A stretch of DNA of 64,000 nucleotides, taken from assembly GCA_951406725.2 (NCBI GenBank), contig OX597827.1, forward strand, positions 35,402,001 to 35,466,000. The letters run 5' to 3'. Positions 27,634 to 41,321 of this stretch are shown one piece after another; within the stretch, counting starts at the first letter, position 1; each line of letters opens with the position of its first letter. The DNA comes from Octopus vulgaris. Lineage: Eukaryota. Position numbers and translations under genes: made by a program. The notes under the pieces are model-generated. The model searched no databases. It saw nothing but the letters and a program-made list of their open reading frames with translations, and was not told where the DNA came from.

Positions 27634-28869
27634 GGGGATTGGACAAAATAATGGAAACACCTTAAAATTTCACACAAATTTATTTTAATATGAATTCTAC
27701 GAGGTATGGACTCGTACAAATTTTGAATTGTTTCCAAAGCAATTTTTCCCATTCTTCAATTAAAATAGTCTCCAGTTCTTGTAGGGATGACGGTTTAGGA
27801 TATCGACTCCTTACTTGTTTTTGTAAAATACACCATAAAATTTCAATAATATTGAGATCTGGGGACTGTGGTGGCCAGATAAGATGTTCAACTTCACTAG
27901 AATGTTCCTCGTGCCATTCAGTAACAACTTTAGCTGTGTGAATTGGTGCATTATCCTCCTGAAAGATTGCGTTTTCCCCCGGAAACAGTTCCGCAACCAT
28001 AGGACTAATTTGATCAGATAAAATGCTTAAATAGTTTTAACTACTGATTCTGTCACGAAGGGAAACCATTGGGCCGGCGGATTTCCAAGATATAGCACCC
28101 AAAGATCATCACAGGTCCTCCTCCATGTTTAACAGTTGGAAGAAGGCATTCTGGGTCAAATGCTTCTTTTGGCTGTCACTACACGTATATCCAGCCGGTG
28201 GTCGGAAATAAGGTAAAGGATGACACGTCCGAGAAAATAACATTCTTCCACTGCTCTAGGGACCAATTCTGTAAGTTTTTATTCCGTTATAAACGCTTTG
28301 CAACGTTTGTTTTTGAAAGTAGTGGTTTCTGATTGCAGCCCTCCTGTGAAATCCGGCTTTGTGCAGCTCCCGGCGAACAGTTTTTGTGGAAACTGGGTTC
28401 TCGAGATGGTCATTAAGCTCTGCAGTAATTTTGGGATCTGTACTTTTGTAATCCTTTCTAACAATTCGCGTATGAGTCAGACGATCTCTATCTGAAAGTT
28501 TTGGTCTTCTTCTGGAGTTTTGTTTCGACGAGGAGGTTTTTCCTCTTTCTCAAAGGCTGTCATTACTTTCGAGACAGTACATCTTGATACACCAAACATT
28601 TCGGCTGTTTTCGTTACGCTAGCGCCTGCCATACGAGCACCAACAATTTGACTTCTTTGAAAGTCCGATAGATCTGTCATTTTAATGAATTTTAATTACC
28701 TTTTTTTGATGATATCTGAAAAGAAACAGCAATTTTAGCAAAACATATTAAGCAACACTAATAATAAATAAAAAAAACATAAAATAAACAAGCTTTTGAC
28801 GTTTTTATAGATACTTCAAAATTATGATGCTATAATGCTAGGTGTTTCCATTATTTTGTCCAACCCCTG
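27632..28869 (-). mobile_element. Full-length Tc1-family DNA transposon (about 1.24 kb), DD36E type
   Basis: TIRs caggggattggacaaaataatggaaacacct / aggtgtttccattattttgtccaacccctg; TA on the right flank. Confidence 0.93.
27680..28680 (-). pseudogene. Tc1 transposase pseudogene (HTH + DD36E), frameshifted
   Basis: MTDLSDFQRSQIVGARMAGASVTKTAEMFGVSR; VIFSD; FQEDNAPIH..WPPQSPDLNIIE with 36 residues between D and E. Confidence 0.9.
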
Positions 28870-29249
28870 TATATATGTGTGTATATATATGCATACATAC
28901 ACGACGGGTTTCTTTTAGTAGAAGACACTTGCCTAAGATGCCACGCAGTGGGACTGAACCTGGAACAATGCATTTGAGAAGTAAGCTTCTTACCACACAA
29001 CCATACCTGTACCTCTGTGTATGTGTGTGTGTGTGGGGGGGGGTCTGTATTTGATCATTTAAATTCTTCCTCTGAAGAAGTATCTGGTTTCTAACAAAGA
29101 TACAAAGCTCCATATTTGAAATGTAGATAACAAAAACAATGTCACATTTTAAACTTGAGAAAAGACTTGCATAGTTTTACTGTTCCGCTTACAGATTGTA
29201 TTCATAATGTACGAATCGGTTGATTTCTTTTTCTGAAATTTATTTCAGC

Positions 29250-29566
29250 TCATTTATTAACGTGCAAGTGGCTGAGCACTCCACAGACACGTGTACCCAT
29301 AACGTAGTTCTCGGGGAGAATCAGCATGACACAGACTGTGAGAAAGCTGGCCCTTTGAAATACAGGTACAACAGAAACAGGCAGAAAGAGTGAGAGAAAG
29401 TTGTGGTGAAAGAGTACAGCAGGGTTCACCACCACCCCTGCCGGAGCCTCGTGGAGCCTTAGGTGTTTTCGCTCAATAAACACTCACAATGCCCGGTCTG
29501 GGAATCGAAACCGCGATCCTAAGACTGCGAGTTCCCTGCCCAAATCACTGGGCCATGGCGCCTCCA
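29250..29566 (-). mobile_element. SINE family C (tRNA-like head on the minus strand)
   Basis: Minus strand tggaggcgccatggcccagtg..ggtttcgattcccaga; shares body with 35049 and 50381. Confidence 0.85.
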
Positions 29567-29905
29567 TATATATATATGCACAGGCGTGGATTTGTGATGA
29601 GAAGTTTGCTTCCCAGCTACATGGTTCCAGATTCTGTCTCACAGCGTGGCCCTTTGGGCAAGCGACTCCTACTTTAGTCTCAGGGTGACCAAAGCCTTGT
29701 CAGTAGATTTGGTAGGCGGAAACAGATTGAAGCTTCACTATGTGTGTGTGATTGCGCGCGCGCGCGCGTGTGTGTGTGTATACACGAAACACTGACACTT
29801 TAGAAGTGTACATTTTTTATGTCATAGTATAATAAAAATTAAACCTATAAATTTTTGACTACTCGATCCTACTTGTTCATATTCACACTATCTATCTATC
29901 TATCT

Positions 29906-29973
<68 letters not shown>

Positions 29974-30169
29974 CACGAAGCTTTGTCAGTGAACAGGTCG
30001 CGGTCTCAAAGCGACGAAAATATTTTGACAAGTTAAATTTAAATGTTGAAGTGAATCTAACGGTTTTGTGTGTTTCTTAAATGGCTTATAAGCACCTTCC
30101 ACGCTGCAATTGTTTTCGTTCCAGCACACGATCTCTGATCAAGTCACTCGCTATGCAAGTACATCTCCG

Positions 30170-30220
<51 letters not shown>

Positions 30221-30585
30221 TATATAATTTCAACAATTAGTAATGGCTATATGAAATCGAATAAACCGATTTGCATAAATAACGTGTTCTTCTTGTCAGT
30301 TAGATCGGTTAATATAATTACTGATGCATCAGTTCTGTTCGACTTTGATGTTCTACAAAGGCAGTCATTTACTATTAGCCACTGTATTTAAATAATTTTA
30401 ATAAACACACGCAGAGAACTGCCCGAAGGCAGTTAGTTTATTTTGTAGTATATTGCGACAAAGCTAACATTGCTAACGATGTGCAACTTACTAATCGAAT
30501 TAGCTGCCAATAAAATATTTATGTAAATCGAGTTAACTATAAACACATGCATTTATGTATGTATGTATGTATACATATATACACA

Positions 30586-30692
<107 letters not shown>

Positions 30693-30710
30693 GTATGTAT
30701 CTATGTATAT

Positions 30711-31078
30711 AGGCGCAGGCGTTGCTGCCTGGTAAGAAGCTTGCTTCCCAGACAAATGGTTCAGGGTTCACTTCTACTGCATGGCACCATGACAAATGTC
30801 TTCCACTATAGCAACGGGCCGACCAAAGCCTTGTGATTAGATTTGTTAGACGGAAACTGAAAGAACCCCGTCGTATATATATGTGTGTGAGTATTTGTGT
30901 GTCTGTCTGTGTTTGTCCCGCCACCATCTCTTGACAACCGATGTTGGTGTGTTTACATCTCCGTAACTTCGCGGTTCGGCACAAGAGGTTGATAGAATAA
31001 GTCCTGGGGTAGATTTCTTCGACGAAAAGGCGGTACTCCAGCATGACCACAATGAAATGACTGAAACAAATAAAAGAT
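30711..31078 (+). mobile_element. SINE B copy
   Basis: ggcgcaggcgttgctg head through gactgaaacaaataaaaga tail. Confidence 0.88.
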
Positions 31079-31246
31079 ATATATATATATATATATATAT
31101 AATCTCAACAATTAGTAATGGCTATATTAAATCGGAAAACCGATTTGCATAAATTATGTGTTCTTGTCAGTTAGTTCGATTAATAAATTACTGATGCCGA
31201 ACATGAAACAATCCTTCGTTCAAATAGTGGCTTTCGATGCTTGCAT

Positions 31247-31456
31247 AAAGCTATAAATAATACCATAAAAATCTGGGGTTGAAAAACCCTTTTGCGTATA
31301 AGATGTCGATGGCCTTCGGTATATTCTATTCAAAAGCGTTTACATGTTAATATGTGTTCCTTCAGCTCCGCCAATTCAATCCTACGTGCAGCCTTCGGAC
31401 ATTTTCTAGTCAAAACGCTTTTAACCCAATATTTTCACGCTATTATTTATAGCTTT
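31247..31456. mobile_element. Small foldback/MITE-like element
   Basis: Imperfect inverted ends of about 38 bp (aaagctataaataata..gggttgaaaa / ttttaaccc..tattatttatagcttt); internal direct repeat gccttcgg..tcta.tcaaaa. Confidence 0.55.
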
Positions 31457-31653
31457 TTATAGCTTTATCTATTTCGAGTTCAACTATTAAATATATAGAT
31501 ATTTCGTTTTTGGATTTGATTTGCAAGATTCTTTATGTGAGTTCGTGTGTTGAAGCATATTCTGTTGTGTTTGGGGAGAGTCATTTTCTTTTTGTGCCTT
31601 ATAGTTTAACACACTCACCGGTAAAATTTCCACTTATTCCTTATTTTTATTTT

Positions 31654-31690
31654 CCTAAAATTTTCGCTGTGTCTTGCAACCTTTTCAATA
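31654..31690 (-). ncRNA. Truncated type-I hammerhead (U3-A8 variant) at the end of a PLE-like fragment (about 31495-31690)
   Basis: Minus: ta TTGAAAA g gttg-caagaca-cagc GAAA at TT tagg; palindromic aaaatttt; helix I only 2 bp. Confidence 0.45.
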
Positions 31691-31728
31691 ATCTTTTGTT
31701 ATTCCAGGAAAACGTCAGGAATGCACCT

Positions 31729-31770
<42 letters not shown>

Positions 31771-32493
31771 AGTGTGCGCGTGTGTGTGTATCAGTATATA
31801 TATATATATTATTGTGTTTGTATTTATATTTACATACGTGTTTGCATTCAAATGCGAGTTCTTGCTAGTGTATGTATGTTTACTGGTGCAAACTGCCGTG
31901 TCGAGCAATATTCCTTTACGTCATGAGGATTCAAAGCATAAAGATCGATAAAATAGGTACCAGACCTAAAATACATAGTAGAATCGGTTTGTTCTACTAA
32001 AATCCGTTGCTCCATCATGGTTGCAGTCTTCCATCCCACGACTAAAACCAGTATGAAAAATCACAAAATAATGTTTTCAAATTTTGGTACAAGGTCAGCG
32101 GTTTTAGGGAAGGCGTATGTCGATTATGTCGACCCCACTGCTCAACTGGTATTCCATTTTATCGAGTCCGAAAGGATATGTCAGCCTCAGTGGCGTTTGA
32201 CCTCAAAACATAAAATGTCGGAAGTCACATAACGAACTATTCTTTAGGACGCTCTCACAGTTCTGCCATCTCACCGTTTTACAACTAATAATGGTATTTT
32301 CTCCTATGGGCACAAGGCCTGAAATGTTGTGTAAGAAGTGGCTACTTGATTACATAGACCCAGTGCTCAACTGGTACTTACTTTATTGACCACCGAAAGG
32401 ATGCAAGGCAAAGTCGACTTCGGAGGAATTTGAACCCAAACATAAAGCCGGAAGACATATCGTTAAGCATTTTATCCGGCGTTGTAACTGTTC

Positions 32494-32900
32494 TTATTTC
32501 TTTACAGCCTCAAGGGGCTACACACAGAGGGGACAAACAAGCACAGACAAACGGATTAAGTCGATTATATCGACCCCAGCACGTAACTGTTACTTATTTA
32601 ATCGACCCCGAAAGGATGAAAGACAAGAAGGACCTCAGCGGAATTTGAACTCCGAACAGCGGCAGACGAAATACCTATTTCTTTACTACCCACAAGGGGC
32701 TAAACACAGAGTGGACAAACAAGGACAGACAAACAGATTAAGTCGATTACATCGATCTCAGTGCGTAACTGGTACTTAATTTATCGACCCCGAAAGGATG
32801 AAAGGCAAAGTCGACCTCTTGAACTCAGAACGTAACGGCAGACGAAATACGGCTACGCATTTCGCCCGGCGTGCTAACGTTTCTGCCAGCTCGCCGCCTT
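32494..32900 (-). mobile_element. SINE A dimer (full copy + 5'-truncated unit) inserted into an older SINE A variant
   Basis: Junction gacgaaatacctatttctttac; TSD ttgtaactgttct on both sides. Confidence 0.85.
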
Positions 32901-34295
32901 AATTGTAACTGTTGTAACTGTTCTATCAGCTCATCGCCTCTAGAATCATAAAAATAATAGCAGTGTATGAATTTTTTTTTCGTTTTGTTTAGAAGAAAAG
33001 CATCAAACATTAAAATATTTTAAATACAGAAACTGTAAAAATCAATAGATAAGACGTAAAATATGATTTCCTTTGAAACGTTTACAATTGGTATCTTACA
33101 GAAGAAGGGTGTTATTCTTTATACATAAACTGGCCCTTTACTATTAATTTTATGATAGTAAACTCCAAATACAAAAGGTAATATACGCATGAAAGAAAAA
33201 TCGAACACTTAAAACATTAAAATTCCTATGCAGACTTTCAGATCTCTCTTGTGACTCATGGCTTTCTGTTATAGAGGAAATTAAAAGCCATCAGTAAAAT
33301 GAACCGTATTGATCAATGCCAAAATAAAAAGAATCGATTGAAAACTCATTTCAAATAGAGAACATGAAAAAATCATTTACAATTTTTAAAATATCGTTAG
33401 TTCAGAAATGGGTAAAAAATGAAAACTTATTTGGAATATTAAACACTTCTTCAATACAAAATGAACAGCAATGAAACAAAATGTTTATTTAGTAAATATA
33501 CACATTAATATTTTGCGGTTTACCATTGACGCTTTAGCATTTGAACCGGCTATATCTGATCCAAATATTCTACCAAATCGACGGTCTTCACTCTCCGATT
33601 TGTAAGCCAGTTAAAAGCAACTTGATCTCACTGTGTTTTGAACACAGAGCGCAGAGGGTTGAAAGAAATTCTGCGAAGCGTTCCATTCGACGATCTAACA
33701 ATTCGGCTAATTCGCCACCTCTTTCGTCGATTATATAATATCTTTTATTATGTGTAACTGTCATATGCAGCAGTACTTAAATTAAAGTACTCGTTTATGT
33801 ATCATACTTAATGTAAACACATCGTTGAAAGGCAAATTTACTGCCGTAATTCTCCGGAGATATCTCTTATGGATGTGCGATGTTTAAAACCATAATATAT
33901 GTGAGAGAAAGACGAAAATCGTTCCAGCATCGGCTAATGAGAACATTAGATACATTTTCGCCTCGTTGGGCTTTGTCGATAACTTGTACTTACAGCCAGC
34001 ATGCTTAGGCGAAATTTATCGCCACTGAAAAACAGCAAGAATAAATAATCACTGGCACTGCGGATAGCCATTCGGCTAAATATAAATCCGTATTATTTAC
34101 CAGAAGCAGTTTTAGATTAAAATAGATATTATATATCATACTTAATGTAAATATATCGTAGTCAGTAAATTTACTGTATTTGGCCGGAGATAACATCTCT
34201 TATGGATATGCTGTTTTTTTACTTCTTTTAAACTGTATATTGGCTAGCTGTGGCTAGTGGGAACTTTCGATGTAGTCCTGTCTCGTTGAACGCTT

Positions 34296-34344
<49 letters not shown>

Positions 34345-35048
34345 TTAAAAGTTCTGTTTATATGTGTAGTTCATAAGTTTAATGTATTGGTTTCAAGTTT
34401 TTTTTTTACATAAGACCAATAATTTGATGGGAGTGCGATAAGTCGATTACGTCTATTGCAATGCTCAACTGGTACGTATTTTATCGACTCGAAACGGATG
34501 AAAGGTAAAATTGACCTCAGAACGTAAGGAGGGGCGAAAAGTTGCTATGCATTTTGCCCGGCGTGCTAACGATTCTACCTGCTCCCCGTCTTTCCTAACT
34601 TTAATATAATTACATATTAATTATAAATGTAATTATATTTCTTCGCTTATTTAACGAAATATTCTTTAATATAACCTTTTAAATAACATAAATGTTATCA
34701 ACGTCTGTTGTAAAGAGGTAAGACGACAAAGAATAAAAATATTGAGAGACAAACAAGTAAATAAATGAATAAATACGCAAATATATAAATATAGAAGAAT
34801 CTGTTGAAGAGTTCTGGGAATTGACTTGCCGTAAAGGTGATGAAAATGTAACGTTTGGTAGGTTTGTTTATTCTGAAAGAGAGAGGTGGAGAGAGACAAA
34901 GAGAAGTATTTACCAAACAAACAACAAATTAAACGTATACAGACTTACTATGTAAACAACAGACGTGTAAATAGACAACAGATATGTAAATAAACAAATA
35001 GGCAGGAAGACTGCGAAGAAACAAATAAACATATTTTAATTGTATATT

Positions 35049-35344
35049 GGATGGAAGCACTCCGTCGGTTACGACGACGAGGGTTCCGGTTGATCCGAAT
35101 CAACGGAACAGCCTGCTCGTGAAATTAACGTGTAAGTGGCTGAGCACTCCACAGACACGTGTACCCTTAACGTAGTTCTCGGGGATATTCAGCGTGACAC
35201 AGAGAGTGACAAGGCCGGCCCTTTGAAATACAGGTATAACAGTTTTCGCTCAATAAACACTCACAACGCTCGGTCTGGGAATCGAAACCGCGATCCTACG
35301 ACCGCGAGTCCGCTGCCCTAACCACTGGGCCATTGCGCCTCCAC
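35049..35344 (-). mobile_element. SINE C with 11-bp TSD
   Basis: TSD aattgtatatt at 35038 and 35345; tRNA-like head tggaggcgcaatggcccagtggttagggcagcggactc..ggtttcgattccc. Confidence 0.92.
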
Positions 35345-35600
35345 AATTGTATATTACACCGTATAGGTCAAAGGCACGGCTCGCTAGTCGAATGCGATCC
35401 GAGGCAAAGTCTGGTCTGCATCCGGCTCAGCTTTATAAAAATATAATTATCGTTTCATAATTTAAAAAAAATATTTTGTTAAATATAGTAACATGGGTTC
35501 CGGTTAATGAAATCAGTGCATCTTACGAAATATTTTGAACCAATGAAAAAGCTAATAAATCCATTTTCTGAAAGATGTAACCTATTTTCCGTTTATTTTG

Positions 35601-36020
<420 letters not shown>

Positions 36021-38438
36021 AAGAATACACATCGAGCCAAACGAAATTTTTTAAAGTCTTTCTCTCAAGTCTTTGCACGTGATCGTCCGAGTATATTCCA
36101 GTGACATGAAAAATATCAGGAAGTTTTGAATCGGAAACAGCACTAGCTTTTTCTCTTGTTCTTAGGTGAATATGGCAATCATTTTGCAATCATGAGGTCG
36201 GGGTTTTGATTTCGCTGCATTTCATCTTGGGTAATGGTCATTTTTAAAGCCACGATTCGATACATAAACTATGAGTGAAATGAATAAGCTATAGACGAAC
36301 CTGTAATTCAAAGGTTCGCACTTGTGTCACGGAATCATTGTATCACGGTGAGTTTGCCCGAGAACTATGATAAAGTTTCATGTGACTGGGAAACACCTTA
36401 GTCACTTAGACGCTAATTCAACGAGTCTGATCATTTTTAATCCATCTAACAGCTTATGGTCGGAAATTCTGACTGAGATCCCTTTATTTGGTTACTTTCT
36501 GTCTCTTTGTTTCGTTTGTCAGTTTTCTATGTGGTTGGTGAAATGCTGGAATAGTTATGTATTTGTGTCCCCGAAACGATAACAGAACATAACTGAGATG
36601 TTATCTATTTACGGACACTGTTATTGTCGTTGATCATTTTTAGTTTCAGACCTGACCTGATCGAGTTGACTGACCTTTAGTCAAAGACGTTCCATCCATC
36701 ATTATTCACCCTTTATCAGACATAGTATCACTAGAAATACATTATTCCATCTGTCTTTTTAGAATGGGATTTGAGAGAAATTTGGTTATTATTTCCAGAA
36801 AAGTTGTGTCGTCGCATAGAGGTGATATGACCGGTTGTGTAAATATAAATTAAAAACAACGAGTAAAAGAACGGATCTTTTTAGTACACCATTAGGGAAA
36901 TTACATATTTTTGATGTACTTTTTTCATATCCTATATAAGTTTGGTCACTTGAGAGAGAGAACACTGGTAGGCTTTTTATATTGCTTTTTTTTAGAGTTA
37001 TATTTCATTATATTGTATTTCAGTAAGACTGCGATCTGGGGAAATCGTTCGCGTATCGGACAAAATGTTTAGCAGCATTTCTTCCGGCTCTTTACGTTCT
37101 GAGTTCCAATTGGGCTGTGTCTTTCATCCTTCGAGGGTCGATAAAATAAGTACTGAAGTCAATGTAATCCACTTACCCTCCCCTAAAATTGCTGGTCTTG
37201 TGCCAAAGTTTGAAGCAATTATAAGTAGGTGACAGGGAATGCTAATGTTTATAATGGTTAGGATAATGATAATGTGTGTAGGAATTTTTGATGCTGTTAT
37301 TGTAATTGAGGTTTTTAGGTATTCTTGTGTATGGATTATGAAAGAGTTGAATATAATCCTGCAAACTCAACAAAGAAAACACCCACTTGAATATATAGTT
37401 CTTGTTCCTTAGAGTGATCGGTTGTATCTTCTGTACTACCTATTTGTCTAGATGGAGTTACCCTCTGTAAACAGGGGATGACTTAAACATGTACGCCCAA
37501 TGCCCTACAATATGATACGTACCTTCGATTCACTGATAACACTTTAGTAAAACAAAAACAATGATTTTGTGAGTGGGTAGAACATCAAAACATGCTGTAC
37601 ACTGTTTCTAGACGTACCTACCACCCTCTGTTCATTCTGATTAGGATTTCTTACAATGTCACGAAACCACAAGTTTTGGGGGTATTGATTAAATTAAACA
37701 CAGTACATGTCTGGTGCTTATTTTAATGACTCTTCTCTCCAAATTTTTTCCTGGAGAGATGAAAGAAAGAATTGGCTTCAACGAGATTTGAACTAAGAAA
37801 GAGACAAAATTATTAAATCAACTCCAGGACAAGACCTATTTTATAGATTCTAGAAGGATGAAAGATAAAATCGATCCTCAAAGATTTGAACTCAAAATAT
37901 CCTTCCTACTCTAGGCACAAAGCCGGAAATTTTGGGGGAAGGGGCTAGTCGATTACACTGACCACAGAACATGATTGGTATTTATTCTACTAATCCCGAA
38001 AGGATGAGAGCGAAATTGACCTCAGCGGAATGTGAACGCAGAACGAAAAGACGTGCGAAATGTCGTTATGTCCGGGGTGCTAAAGACTCTGCCAGCTCGC
38101 TGCCTTCATTTCAACTCAAAATATGGAAAAAAAGCGTAATCGAATACTGTAAGACATATTAGCTATCGTCTGCCAAATACAGCTCCTGCTTATTCATTCA
38201 AATAATAACAATTGATAAGGATTCATATGTTTCATGTCTGTTTCCTATCTGTTTTACACGTTTTATGCTGAACTATAATCAATTTTCGATTAATTTACTC
38301 GGGCATAAACAAAGTAAAACAACCCAAAATGGAGGAAATAGATTTATTCAAAGGTTTCTGCAGTAGTAATATAAACACTCACACATGCATACACACACAG
38401 AAAATACATATAGAGAGGTATACACGCATATACATATA

Positions 38439-38506
<68 letters not shown>

Positions 38507-38556
38507 GATATGTATAGACATCCCTTTAAGAGGTATTTATATCCTCGAAATAATTA

Positions 38557-38628
<72 letters not shown>

Positions 38629-38744
38629 GCATCACTGATTATGTGAAGCTAGAGACTGTTTTTCTTTCAACAGGTTAAATGTCGTTACACTAACGTTACA
38701 CGAAACACAAATCAATGAGGTCTCATGAGATACATTAAATATAT

Positions 38745-38793
<49 letters not shown>

Positions 38794-39004
38794 GTAATGA
38801 AACAACAACCCTACACGTTTACGGCATCCAATAACATAATGGAGATATCAGTTACTACATTATCTTTTGTCAGTAATCTGCAAGAATCACGGAGTCAGTT
38901 CGTAATTCTCTCTACAAGAACTTCAGTTCTGTGTCAAATTCTGTAAGCTATTACTATCAATAAAGCAATAACTTAGAATATTTTAAATAGGAGAGCTAGG
39001 AGAG

Positions 39005-39053
<49 letters not shown>

Positions 39054-39163
39054 GCCAAGTAAGTTAGGGGTTGTGGATCCAACCCACTAAGGTTTAATTG
39101 GAATGCAATAAACTTACTTATTGTGTTAAATGGGTAAAGGTAAATAAATATTTTACCATAATT

Positions 39164-39379
39164 TATATTTCAAATAAGAAAATGGAGAAGCACAATAGTT
39201 GGTTCATCAACTTTTGGATATTAAAATGTTGATACTTGTATTCTTATCTTATATGCATTAAATTTTATACTGTATATATGAATGTTATTATGGTTGTCGT
39301 TTTGATAAGTAAATATGTCAACATTTTAATATCCAAAAGCTAATGAACCAACTAATGTGCTTCTCCATTTTCTTATTTG

Positions 39380-39386
<7 letters not shown>
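39164..39386. repeat. Inverted repeat, arms about 69 bp, spacer about 85 bp, abutting (TA)n
   Basis: tatatttcaaataagaaaatggagaagcac..aaaatgttga versus tcaacatttt..gtgcttctccattttcttatttgaaatata; 3 mismatches. Confidence 0.9.
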
Positions 39387-39422
<36 letters not shown>

Positions 39423-40356
39423 ATATCAAACCAAAGCAGTTATATTTAATTGTTTTATCCGCGTAATTGGCTCTATATTTGATCACTTGGATTCCTCGTA
39501 TAACCACTCTTTACCCCGCGGAATTGGTCCCTCCTAATGACATTGGAGTCTAAGTACGAATCATTTGAGCGCTACTGTTTTCTATACCGATAATCTCTGG
39601 ATCTCATCTGTTGGCTATATTATATATATATATTTTTCTCTTGGGAGTGTTGCAGATTTACCATGCTGCAAAAGGCTCGATAATTGCAAATATATTGCAC
39701 GTAATCATTAGCAGCATTTAAATTTAGAAATACAGTAAATATTTGTAAATATTCTGAGTGAGAGTACTCAGTTGTATATTTTGAATGTGAATACTCCATC
39801 GTTCGCCACAATCGTATATATATACATAATGGTGTAAATATTTGTCCAGAAGACTTGCACTAATTGTTGTCTGAGGTTATTGTTATATTTGTTGTTCAGC
39901 TTCAAGTGAACCTACTTGAATGGATCCATAATGAAAGACATTGCAGATATGACCATTTCAACATTTTATAAGTGAACTTACATTATGTAAATATATCTTT
40001 TTCGTTTTTAGACGACAGGATGTGATTTGTGGCAGATGTGGCTGCTATTTCAGCTATGTCGAGCCACCTTCTAGACCGTCTCTTTGTTGGCAAACAAACC
40101 ATTGACTTACGATTTATTAAACTAGTAGGACATTATATGACTTTTCTGCTCTATCCTGCTTTAGTTGTACTTTTATAGTAAATTTACTCTTCTTTTATTT
40201 CCAAATCTCAAATTTCCTTAGTATTGATATAGAATCACATCCTCCTATATAAACATGCTACTATATCGCAGCCAGGCTTTACCCATAATACATATCGAAC
40301 TCAGCGCTTCCAGACACCGAAACACTCATCAAATACAGAGTGGTTCCATTATTTGC

Positions 40357-40813
40357 AAGGCACGTGGCAGAATCGTTAGCAAGCCGGGCAAAATGCTTTG
40401 CGGTATTTCGTCTGCCGCTATGTTCTGAGTTCAAATTCCGCCGACGTCGACTTTGTGTTTCATCCTTTCGGGGTCGATTAAATAAGTAGCAGTTACGCAC
40501 TGGGGTCGATATAATCGACTTAATCCTTTTATCTGTCCTTGTCTGTCCCTTCTGTGTTTAGCCCCTTGTGGGAGTAAAGAAATAGAAATAGGTATTTCGT
40601 CTGCCGTTACGTTCTGAGTTCAAATTCCGCCGAGGTCGACTTTGCCTTTCATCCTTTCGGGGTCGATAAATTAAGTAAATTAAGTACCAGTGCTTCACTG
40701 GGGTCGATGTAAGCGACTTAATCCATTTATCTGTCCTTGTTTGTACCCTCTGTGTTTAACCCCTTGTGGGTAATAAAGAAATCGGTATTTCGTCTGCTGC
40801 TATGTTCTGAGTT
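40357..40813 (+). mobile_element. SINE A concatemer (head + two units + partial third)
   Basis: Units restart at ggtatttcgtctg right after aagaaat(a/c). Confidence 0.88.
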
Positions 40814-40939
40814 CCATGACAGTAGATAAATTTTCAATTCCACAACGTATTTATAGAGGCTTCATGCAGGCATTGCGTGGGTTCAATACTCGAATGCCAA
40901 ATTTCACTTAACACTTCAACTACTCTTTCTCACGGTAAA

Positions 40940-41244
40940 ACCATAGTTTTTTGGGGTTTTTTCTGTGAATGACAGCAGATATACATTTCCCAGATGTCTT
41001 TGCTGAGCAAAATAATGTTTTTGCCTCTCGCCAACCTCCGACAACCTCTCTCACCAACCTCCGACAATCTTTCTTGCCAATCTCCGAATCTCTTCCTCCT
41101 CCAGCTGACAGGTTTTTGTACTCTTTCGTGACGGAAAATACACCTTTTGTGGCAGTTATAATGAAATTGCTTTCTTATATCAGAGTAATAAGGCGTTTCA
41201 ATAGAGCATCTTTATCCCCCGGGAATTACCGGGTACACCAGCTA

Positions 41245-41245
<1 letters not shown>
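40940..41245 (+). mobile_element. Helitron 3' end with an internal minisatellite of about 22 bp
   Basis: Hairpin cccgg-gaatta-ccggg, then CTAG|T 8 nt downstream; ccaacctccgacaa-type unit x3. The 5' limit is uncertain. Confidence 0.65.

Positions 41246-41317
<72 letters not shown>

Positions 41318-41321
<4 letters not shown>

Noticed and set aside
35270-35344. tRNA-like sequence on the minus strand
   Set aside because: Head of SINE C; continues into the SINE body and is bounded by a TSD
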